From a virus (Duplodnaviria > Heunggongvirae > Uroviricota > Caudoviricetes), in the IMG/VR virus record IMGVR_UViG_3300018471_000108: a stretch of 6,554 nt of DNA. One strand, written 5' to 3'. The position numbers and the translations under genes were made by a program. Below, in pieces: positions 1-5,948 of the stretch. The notes beneath the pieces are model-generated. The model was not told where the DNA came from and made no database searches. It worked only from the letters and a program-made list of their open reading frames with translations. Every line of letters begins with the position of its first letter. Position 1 is the first letter of the stretch.

Positions 1-31
1 ACTGGAGTTCAGACGTGTGCTCTTCCGATCT
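1..31. other. Synthetic Illumina TruSeq-type adapter (read-2 side), not biological sequence
   Basis: 1..31 reads ACTGGAGTTCAGACGTGTGCTCTTCCGATCT, which matches the 3' part of the TruSeq indexed adapter as I recall it. The insert starts at 32. Confidence 0.9.
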
Positions 32-503
32 CAAAGTGCTCAATAAACCAAGTTAAATCATTGATTGCCTTAGCTCCTGAGAATGAAACATCGTCAAGGT
101 AAATAAATTCACGGAATGAACTAACTCTTTGACGTTGTGACAGTCTGGTCACAACGTTGAATTCTTCTACACAATCTTCGCGAAGCAAATCCAAAAACTC
201 AGATTGACTGGTGCCTTGGTTCTGGATATCGAGAAACGCTGCGGTTTGAAAGAACCTTTCATTTTGCTCATCATTGGCGATACTACTAATAACTCTGCGA
301 TAGTCGCTCTCAGAGAAGTATCCAATCCCCATTAATCGGTCCGTTTCCTCTAAGACAAATCGCCTATCGGTTAACTCAAATTGATTAATCCATCGATTAA
401 CATGATCAATGCTCATGCCACCTTGAGGAGGGTTTCGATAGTCATTTAATTTAGTAGCAATTTGCCCCATAAGATCACGATCTGTAACATTGCTATAACA
501 CAT
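32..503 (-). CDS. Hypothetical protein, N-terminal ~157 aa only; C-terminus lies beyond the insert boundary. Accessory gene immediately downstream of P (ren/nin slot).
   Basis: ATG at 501..503 (minus) preceded by AGGA 7 nt upstream. The frame stays open until it runs into the adapter, so the stop at 9..11 and the last ~8 residues of the track ORF are adapter-derived. AT-rich (~38% GC on a sampled stretch) compared with the adjacent replication genes. No family recognised by eye. Confidence 0.6.
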
Positions 504-706
504 ATAGATTCCTGTTCATGCATTGATACGAAAGGGTCAGAATACTCTTAAAAAAATTTGGTGAAAGCCTGAAAAGTCATAATGTTAACATGTATCACAA
601 ATTGTTATTTTTCTCAGTATCTGAGACGTAAACTGAATCCAAGACCACTAATCTGGCTCAAAAAATTTAGAAAGTTTCTCATAATGAATACTTGCCTCTT
701 TGCCCG

Positions 707-1408
707 TCATACACTTGCTCCTTTCAGCCCAAACTTAGCTTTGATTTCTGCGATCTTCGCCAGAGCCTGTGCACGATTTAGAGGTCTACCGCCCATAACA
801 GGAAGTTGTTTTACTGGTTCAGGTATCGTCTCACCACGGTTAATTCGCGCTGTCATATAGGTCAGTTCATCGGCAGCCTTGCGCCGTAATTCCGCATCAG
901 TAAGCGCATTGGCCCGCATGTTCTGGTACAGGTTGGTAACCAGCCAGTAGTGCGCGTTTGATTTCCATGGATAAGACTCTGCGTCCGGATACAGGCCACG
1001 CTTCCGGCAATACTCGTAAACCATATCAACCAGCTCGCTGACGTTTGGCAGCCCGGCGTTAACAGATGCTTCTTCCCGGCACCAGGCGACAAACTGCCCG
1101 GGTGATGGCAGGAATGGTCGATTCTGCCGACGGGCTACGCGCATTCCTGCGTTAACCTGTTCCATTGTGGTGATCCCGTTTTCCCGGAAAGCCAGAACCC
1201 ACTGGCGGCGGATTTCGTTCAGTTCGTTCTGATCCCGGTTAGCCAGGCTCGCAGGGAAAGTTGCCAGTAACTGGCTGAACACACCGTTGATGATCTGCGC
1301 TACCTGCTGTACCTGCGGCTTTTCGTCGTACTGTTCCGGCATATTGTTGGCGATCCGGCGCATCTGCTCACGGTCAAAGTTAACCATCTGTGCGGCGATG
1401 TTTTTCAT
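707..1408 (-). CDS. P: Lambda-type replication protein P (DnaB helicase loader)
   Basis: 233 aa translation (MKNIAAQMVNFDREQMRRIANNMPEQYDEKPQ...AKIAEIKAKFGLKGASV) is near-identical over its full length to phage lambda P as I recall it. The start ATG overlaps the O stop (ATGA at 1405..1408), as in lambda. GGTGG Shine-Dalgarno 5 nt upstream. Confidence 0.93.
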   Translation of the reverse strand: MKNIAAQMVNFDREQMRRIANNMPEQYDEKPQVQQVAQIINGVFSQLLATFPASLANRDQNELNEIRRQWVLAFRENGITTMEQVNAGMRVARRQNRPFLPSPGQFVAWCREEASVNAGLPNVSELVDMVYEYCRKRGLYPDAESYPWKSNAHYWLVTNLYQNMRANALTDAELRRKAADELTYMTARINRGETIPEPVKQLPVMGGRPLNRAQALAKIAEIKAKFGLKGASV

Positions 1409-2334
1409 AAATCCACCCCGTAAATCCAGTCAGTGTTCGTCAGGTCGAGTTTTGGTTTGCCGGCTGTCACGCCAGCCTGTTGCTTGTTTCGGTTGATTTC
1501 GAGCTGGGTCCACTTGTCGCGGAGTTTGGCCGGACTCAGCACGTTACCGGACCAGAAGTTGTCCTGGCATGCCCAGCGGAACAGCACGCACATGTCGCGG
1601 TGGTTACGTCCGTCACGTTCACGCATCAGGCGGATATCGTTAGCCCACCCTGCAAAATTCGGTTTTCTGGCTGATGGCGCGATGGTCTTCACCATGTCAA
1701 ACATCCACTCTGCGGCGGTCAGGTCTTCTGCTGTCCCCCACTTGCTGCCGCTCTGAATTGCAGCATCTGGTTTCTCCACAGGAAGATCGTTTTCTGGTTG
1801 GTCAGAGGATTCGCCAGAATTCTCGGACGAAAAAGGTTTTATATTGTCTTTTGTTAGTTTGTCTTTTGTGTTTACCTGATTCGGGTAAGTGCCTTTACCT
1901 GATTTGGGTAAACTTTTCTTACCTGATTCAGGTAAATTTACCTCTTTCAGGTAAACTTTATTTTTCTTACCTGATTCGGGTAATGTTGACCATTCACTGA
2001 CCACATTATTAATGCCGATATTCCGCCCGCTCTGAATAAAAATCCCACGCTTTACCAGAACACTTTTTGCAGCAGAACACTTGTGCGGCAATATCCCGGT
2101 CAACTCGGAAAGTTGCTCGTTGCTCACCCAATCCAGTTTTTTATTAAAGCCATATGTTTTGCGCATGACAGCCAGGAAGACCAGAAGCTGGTGCTGTGTT
2201 AATCCGGCCAGCATCACAGCTTCCAGCAACTCATTTGCAATGCGCGTATAACCATCATCGAGATCTGCCACACGCGGCTCCTTTTGTGCCACATCCGGCA
2301 CTGGAAAATTGAATATCTCAGCAGTGTTTGCCAT
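1405..2334 (-). CDS. O: Lambda-type replication initiator O: divergent N-terminal iteron-binding domain, lambda-like C-terminal P-interaction domain
   Basis: C-terminal ~110 aa (...WGTAEDLTAAEWMFDMVKTIAPSARKPNFAGWANDIRLMRERDGRNHRDMCVLFRWACQDNFWSGNVLSPAKLRDKWTQLEINRNKQQAGVTAGKPKLDLTNTDWIYGVDL) matches lambda O as recalled. The N-terminal part contains the conserved VADLDDGY motif but is otherwise divergent. Start refined from the track ORF (2424) to ATG 2332..2334 (MANTAEIFNF...), which has a GGGAGG Shine-Dalgarno and matches the N-terminus pattern of lambda O. Ori iterons lie inside the gene. Confidence 0.9.
   Translation of the reverse strand: MANTAEIFNFPVPDVAQKEPRVADLDDGYTRIANELLEAVMLAGLTQHQLLVFLAVMRKTYGFNKKLDWVSNEQLSELTGILPHKCSAAKSVLVKRGIFIQSGRNIGINNVVSEWSTLPESGKKNKVYLKEVNLPESGKKSLPKSGKGTYPNQVNTKDKLTKDNIKPFSSENSGESSDQPENDLPVEKPDAAIQSGSKWGTAEDLTAAEWMFDMVKTIAPSARKPNFAGWANDIRLMRERDGRNHRDMCVLFRWACQDNFWSGNVLSPAKLRDKWTQLEINRNKQQAGVTAGKPKLDLTNTDWIYGVDL
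1828..1870. other. AT-rich segment flanking the iterons (putative DNA-unwinding element of ori)
   Basis: GAAAAAGGTTTTATATTGTCTTTTGTTAGTTTGTCTTTTGTG lies directly beside the iteron array on the side that is downstream in the O reading direction, the same relative position as the lambda ori AT-rich region. Confidence 0.55.
1872..1983. repeat. Replication origin iterons: five ~17-bp inverted-repeat units TTACC-N7-GGTAA inside the O gene
   Basis: Units at 1872..1888 (TTACCTGATTCGGGTAA), 1895..1911 (TTACCTGATTTGGGTAA), 1919..1935 (TTACCTGATTCAGGTAA), 1938..1954 (TTACCTCTTTCAGGTAA) and 1967..1983 (TTACCTGATTCGGGTAA). They fall in the O linker region, the same architecture as lambda ori. Their sequence differs from the lambda iterons. 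Confidence 0.8.
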
Positions 2335-2420
2335 AATTCCTCCCGCAATGAGTGTGTTACGATTTGCACCTGAAAGTCGGTTCTGTTCGCGCAGACCGGC
2401 TTTCGCCATTTCCGAACCTG

Positions 2421-2966
2421 TCATATTGCCCCCAGCATGGTGGTGACCATCGCCATCAGTGGACCAGCCAAATCCGGGTCCACACGAAACATCGACACAA
2501 TGCCTTCACTCATCTCCTTCAGTTTCTGGTGGCGTGGTGCGTTGAGAATGACAGCCTGTTTTGCCTCACTGAGTTCCTTTTCCATTTCAGCCAGCCGAGC
2601 CATGTAGCTATCCTGCTCAACCAGGTGGCCGCGATATTCCAGCGGTAGTACCGCCAGAATTGCCGGGGTCAGTTCACGCACGTTATTTCGGTATTTTTCA
2701 GAATCGAATTTGTTATCGAGGAAGCGGAACAGCTTCTGGCGTGCACGGCTGACATCATCAGGGAAATCGATGGTGCCGCCGCCCTGCTCCCGATACTCAT
2801 TCACAATGAGTGCGGCAACAACATCCTGATTATCTGCAGCCGACCAGGCGCGAACGGCATCACGGATTTTTTCGTGGCCTGGCGCCTGTTTTGTTTGAGA
2901 ACGATTTATCACCGCAGTCGGGCTAAATCCGCTAGTCTGTTGGTATGTAAGTGGTTGCATAGTCAT
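2421..2966 (-). CDS. CII-like regulator of the YdaT family (functional position of lambda cII)
   Basis: 181 aa ORF with ATG at 2964..2966 (AAGG upstream), lying between the cro-like gene and O. It contains segments (..EYREQGGG.., ..LTPAILAVLPLEYR..) resembling what I recall of E. coli Rac YdaT. The family assignment is from memory, not from a search. Confidence 0.55.
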   Translation of the reverse strand: MTMQPLTYQQTSGFSPTAVINRSQTKQAPGHEKIRDAVRAWSAADNQDVVAALIVNEYREQGGGTIDFPDDVSRARQKLFRFLDNKFDSEKYRNNVRELTPAILAVLPLEYRGHLVEQDSYMARLAEMEKELSEAKQAVILNAPRHQKLKEMSEGIVSMFRVDPDLAGPLMAMVTTMLGAI

Positions 2967-2990
2967 TGCCTTATCAGTTAACGCCGCAGT

Positions 2991-3218
2991 TTAGGCGGCA
3001 GAATTACTCGCGTTAAACAATGGTGCGAGGTCGGGACGAATATCTGCTGGTTTAATCTTTCCACCAGTGGCTGAGACAATTTTCATTACATAGCGGGCAT
3101 CAATTCCGCCACCGTGTAGCCAACGCCAAACTGTGGGTTGGGCTACACCGCATAGATCTGCCAGTCGTTTTTGACTACCTGTAATACTGATTGCGAGTTG
3201 AATGGTTTGATTTGTCAT
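2991..3218 (-). CDS. cro: Cro-like HTH regulator (YdaS family)
   Basis: 75 aa from ATG 3216..3218 (the track ORF begins at a TTG two codons upstream). AGGA Shine-Dalgarno 9 nt upstream. HTH-like segment GSQKRLADLCGVAQPTVWRW and a YdaS-like ...ATGGKIKPADIRPD tail. Divergent from the CI-like gene. Confidence 0.75.
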   Translation of the reverse strand: MTNQTIQLAISITGSQKRLADLCGVAQPTVWRWLHGGGIDARYVMKIVSATGGKIKPADIRPDLAPLFNASNSAA

Positions 3219-3328
3219 TATCAATTCCTATTGGTATTGCAATGAATGAATAATAGCAATGCGTATTAATCCAAGCAATAGCAAAACGTGTTTTGACCAT
3301 CAATACGCAAGCGTATAAATTAAAACTT
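3219..3328. promoter_or_regulatory. OR-like divergent promoter/operator region between cro and cI
   Basis: Minus-strand PR-like promoter: -35 TTGCTT (plus 3273..3278), 17-nt spacer, -10 TATTAT (plus 3250..3255). Plus-strand PRM-like promoter: -35 TTGACC 3293..3298, 16-nt spacer, -10 ATAAAT 3315..3320, placing the transcription start at or near the cI ATG (3329). Repeated AATAGCAA(T) motifs at 3252..3260 and 3277..3284 overlap the PR elements. Inverted repeat ATACGC-AA-GCGTAT at 3303..3316 sits in the PRM spacer. Confidence 0.6.
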
Positions 3329-4021
3329 ATGAAAAAAGAAACTCTTGCTGATCGCTTAAACCTAGCGATGGAACAATCTGGAATGTCTCAAGGCGCTCTT
3401 GCAAAGGCGTCTGGCGTAGCTCAACCCACAATCTGGAGACTGACAAGCGGCAACGCGCGCGGCTCAACAAAAATTGTTGAAATAGCTAATGCATTGGGTG
3501 TTCGAACAGAATGGCTCTCATCAGGCATAGGCCCGATGAGAAATGACGGTCAACAATCAGGGAAGCCTGCTGTCAGCCATTCAAAATACTTCAAGATTGA
3601 CGTTCTTGATATAGAAGTCAGTGCCGGGCCGGGTGTAATCAACCGTGAGTTTGTAGAAGTTCTACGCTCGGTTGAGTACTCGTTTGACGATGCTCGTCAC
3701 ATGTTCGATGGCAGGAAGGCGGAAAATATCCGCATCATTAACGTGCGTGGTGACAGCATGTCAGGAACGATCGAACCAGGTGATCTGCTGTTCGTTGATA
3801 TCACAGTTAAATCTTTCGACGGTGATGGTATCTATGCGTTTCTGTACGACGACACAGCCCATGTAAAGCGCCTGCAAATGATGAAGGATAAGCTGCTGGT
3901 CATCTCTGATAACAAAAGCTACTCACCGTGGGACCCGATCGAGAAAGACGAGATGAACCGGGTGTTCATCTTCGGTAAGGTTATTGGGAGCATGCCGCAG
4001 ACATATAGGAAGCATGGTTAA
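3329..4021 (+). CDS. cI: CI-like prophage repressor (N-terminal HTH, C-terminal S24 LexA-like autopeptidase)
   Basis: HTH segment MSQGALAKASGVAQPTIWRL. C-terminal VRGDSMSGTIEPGDLLFVD (Ser nucleophile in the GDSM motif) and HVKRLQ (Lys) form the S24 Ser-Lys dyad. Start placed at ATG 3329 rather than the track TTG at 3293, because that TTG is the -35 of the predicted PRM-like promoter and the ATG has no Shine-Dalgarno, consistent with a leaderless transcript as in lambda cI. Confidence 0.88.
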   Translation: MKKETLADRLNLAMEQSGMSQGALAKASGVAQPTIWRLTSGNARGSTKIVEIANALGVRTEWLSSGIGPMRNDGQQSGKPAVSHSKYFKIDVLDIEVSAGPGVINREFVEVLRSVEYSFDDARHMFDGRKAENIRIINVRGDSMSGTIEPGDLLFVDITVKSFDGDGIYAFLYDDTAHVKRLQMMKDKLLVISDNKSYSPWDPIEKDEMNRVFIFGKVIGSMPQTYRKHG

Positions 4022-4032
4022 AGTGAGGCTAA

Positions 4033-4069
4033 AAAACAGTTACAGCAATAGGCCTGTTGTTTTTCTTTA
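4033..4069 (+). terminator. Weak hairpin plus T-run after cI (possible leaky attenuator)
   Basis: AAAACAG (4033..4039) can pair imperfectly with CTGTT(G)TTT (4054..4062), followed by TTTTCTTT. The stem is AT-rich and imperfect, so read-through into the downstream cassette is plausible. Confidence 0.25.
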
Positions 4070-4143
4070 AACACGCAGTGTTAAACCGCTCTTTGAGATG
4101 CGGAGTAATGAGATGGAAGACTTGAATCACATAAGGGTTAGTG

Positions 4144-4893
4144 ATGGAGTGCGTAGCGAGCAGCAATAGTGCAATACCTAATGTCGTTGAAGTAATACGT
4201 CGCATCAATGAAGGTTCCACTCAGCCATTTCTTTGCAAATGTGATGATGGGCAGTTGTATGTTTTGAAGTCAAAACCATCAATGCCCCCGAAAAATCTCT
4301 TAGCTGAGTTCATTTCGGCGTGTTTGGCTAATGATATCGGCCTTCCTTTACCTGACTTTAAAATCGTATTTGTGCCAGAGGAACTTATAGAGTACTCACC
4401 TGATCTGCAGCAACAAATTTGTACAGGATATGCCTTTGCTTCATTGTTCATTGACGGTGCAATAGCGTTAACGTTTACGCAGTCAAGAAACGAAACGATC
4501 ATCCCAGTCGAACAGCAAAAATTAATCTATGTTTTTGATAAATGGATATTAAATGCAGACAGAACGCTTACTGACAAAGGTGGAAACGTTAACATCCTTT
4601 ATGACATCAGTAACGATAAGTATTATCTGATTGACCATAATCTCTCATTTGATCAGAATGCTGGACCTGAAGATTTTTCTGTGCACGTGTACGGCCCTGG
4701 TAACCGCAAATGGCAATATGATTTAGTGGATCGCGTAGAGTACCGCCAGAGGGTCGTTAACAGTTTACACAAGCTTCCTGCTATCCTTGACGAAATTCCA
4801 GAAGAGTGGATAGTAGATGAGGAGTTTTTACCTTTTGTCTGCACTACGCTAGACAAAGGTGATTGTGATGAATTTTGGAGCGCAATAGAATGA
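4144..4893 (+). CDS. Short HipA-like kinase-fold protein (accessory, rexA-equivalent position)
   Basis: 249 aa from ATG 4144 (AAGGG Shine-Dalgarno 4133..4137, 6-nt spacer; the track ORF begins at a GTG one codon upstream). The segment VFDKWILNADRTLTDKGGNVNIL...YYLIDHNLSFD resembles the HipA/PI3-4 kinase-type catalytic loop (HipA ...LIGNTDxHxKN...) followed by a D-x-N metal-binding element. YVLKSKP is a candidate ATP-binding lysine. Only ~250 aa, so it lacks the HipA N-terminal domains. AT-rich codon usage. Confidence 0.6.
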   Translation: MECVASSNSAIPNVVEVIRRINEGSTQPFLCKCDDGQLYVLKSKPSMPPKNLLAEFISACLANDIGLPLPDFKIVFVPEELIEYSPDLQQQICTGYAFASLFIDGAIALTFTQSRNETIIPVEQQKLIYVFDKWILNADRTLTDKGGNVNILYDISNDKYYLIDHNLSFDQNAGPEDFSVHVYGPGNRKWQYDLVDRVEYRQRVVNSLHKLPAILDEIPEEWIVDEEFLPFVCTTLDKGDCDEFWSAIE

Positions 4894-5717
4894 CAACTCC
4901 ATGCCTATATAGCATCGTTCGCTATGCGCCTTATGCGGAGACTGAAGAGTTCGCAAACATAGGCGTACTTCTGTGCGCGCCAAAAGAAAATTACTTTGAT
5001 TTCCAGCTCACAAAGCGAAATGACTCTCGTGTAAAGAATTTTTTCCATGATGATTGTATTTTCCCTGTAGCAAAAGACTCAATACAAAGAGAACTACAGT
5101 TCGCAAAAATGCATGCGACCCAGATTGTTGGACATCAACAACTTGCACAATTCTTCAGATATTTTACAAACAAAAAAGAATCAATTTTTCAGTTCAGTTC
5201 TACGAGAGTGATTCTCAGCGAAAACCCAAAAGAAGAGCTGGCCCGCATTTACAATAAATATGTAAACCACTCTGACTACACAAAAGAGCGCCGTGAAGAT
5301 GTTCTAGCCAGAGAGCTAAAACGAAGTATCGATAGAATAGATGGATTGAAGAACGTCTTCAAACAAGCAACCATTGATGGGTATTTCGCAAAGTTCTCAA
5401 TGCCATTGGTCGCCAAGAAGCATGACAGGATCCAATGTGCCATCAAACCTCTGGCATTCACTCAAGCTGAACCAGGAAAAATGATGGAGCATAGTGATAC
5501 TTGGGTGATGAGAATAACTCGAGCAGCAGAAGAAAACCTGCTTTCACTTGATGACATTTTATTCACAATTGAAACTCCTGAATCACCAAACTCAGGCCAA
5601 AGCAAAGTTATTGACATCATAAAGAGAACTATGGATGCTAAGAAAATAAATCATATACCTGCATCCAACCACAAAGAAACTATTGATTTTGCAAAAAAAA
5701 TACTTCCCCAAGTTTAA
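4890..5717 (+). CDS. DUF3037-like protein with C-terminal extension (accessory, rexB-equivalent position)
   Basis: 275 aa from ATG 4890, which overlaps the upstream stop as ATGA (4890..4893). GGAG 9 nt upstream. The N-terminus TPCLYSIVRYAPYAETEEFANIGVLL matches the DUF3037 signature as I recall it (YS..RY.P....EF.N.GV.L). About 140 extra C-terminal residues have no recognised domain. The track ORF start at 4875 is a TTG. Confidence 0.55.
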   Translation: MTTPCLYSIVRYAPYAETEEFANIGVLLCAPKENYFDFQLTKRNDSRVKNFFHDDCIFPVAKDSIQRELQFAKMHATQIVGHQQLAQFFRYFTNKKESIFQFSSTRVILSENPKEELARIYNKYVNHSDYTKERREDVLARELKRSIDRIDGLKNVFKQATIDGYFAKFSMPLVAKKHDRIQCAIKPLAFTQAEPGKMMEHSDTWVMRITRAAEENLLSLDDILFTIETPESPNSGQSKVIDIIKRTMDAKKINHIPASNHKETIDFAKKILPQV

Positions 5718-5751
5718 AATTTATTTTTGTATGTGATATTCCTTATTAATA

Positions 5752-5779
5752 ACCCGGCCACCGTGCCGGGTTTTCTTTT
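5752..5779 (+). terminator. Rho-independent terminator closing the cI-cassette operon
   Basis: ACCCGGC (5752..5758), loop CACCGT, GCCGGGT (5765..5771): a perfect 7-bp GC-rich stem followed by TTTTCTTTT. Confidence 0.8.
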
Positions 5780-5919
5780 GCCTCCCCTCATCACACAAAC
5801 CGCTCAAAAAATCACCATAACCTCGCTTCAGTTATCGCTATGCGATGCAAGTCACAAAATTAATTCTTTTTGCTATCAAACATTTAATATCAAAACACAT
5901 CAACTAATAGCAATAAGTA

Positions 5920-5948
5920 TTGATATCACCAATAGCAATAGCTATTAT
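5920..5948 (+). promoter_or_regulatory. PL-like early-left promoter with overlapping operator motifs (OL-like)
   Basis: -35 TTGATA 5920..5925, 17-nt spacer, -10 TATTAT 5943..5948. AATAGCAAT motifs at 5906..5914 and 5931..5939 (the same 9-mer as in the OR region) and the 10-bp palindrome AATAGCTATT at 5937..5946 overlap the promoter. Confidence 0.55.

Noticed and set aside
504-706. Promoter and terminator in the AT-rich spacer between P and the downstream accessory gene
   Set aside because: Several weak -10/-35-like hexamers and a 4-bp hairpin are present, but none is close enough to consensus to call by eye.
582-1092. ORFs 582..860 (+) and 862..1092 (-)
   Set aside because: They overlap P in other frames or antisense, have no ribosome-binding sites and Cys/Arg-rich unusual composition. 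Out-of-frame artefacts of a GC-rich gene.
1872-1983. Possible CRISPR array, because of the regularly spaced repeats
   Set aside because: The repeats are ~17 bp, imperfect, only 6-12 bp apart, lie inside a coding region and have an adjacent AT-rich tract. These are origin iterons, not CRISPR repeats.
1287-2000. Plus-strand ORFs 1287..1496, 1433..1756, 1480..1674 and 1674..2000
   Set aside because: They are antisense to the well-supported O and P genes; 1674..2000 is simply the iteron array read on the opposite strand.
2335-2424. N-terminal 30-residue extension of the O ORF in the track (start at 2424)
   Set aside because: The internal ATG at 2334 has a GGGAGG Shine-Dalgarno and reproduces the lambda O N-terminus pattern. 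The extension would also overlap the CII-like gene stop.
2352-2648. 98 aa plus-strand ORF
   Set aside because: Antisense to the O start and the CII-like gene, with His/Arg-rich composition. Spurious.
3293-3328. Track start of cI at TTG 3293 (12 extra residues)
   Set aside because: That TTG is the -35 hexamer (TTGACC) of the predicted PRM-like promoter. ATG 3329 fits a leaderless start, though the TTG start cannot be fully excluded without transcription-start mapping.
3672-3866. 64 aa plus-strand ORF inside cI
   Set aside because: Alternative frame within the repressor gene, which has clear HTH and S24 motifs in its own frame.
4029-4502. Minus-strand ORFs 4029..4220 and 4221..4502
   Set aside because: Antisense to the cI-cassette intergenic region and the kinase-like gene, with no Shine-Dalgarno. 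The plus-strand genes have start signals and translational coupling.
4653-5461. ORFs 4653..4856 (-), 5054..5257 (+) and 5276..5461 (-)
   Set aside because: Embedded in or antisense to the two cassette genes. Short, with no start signals.
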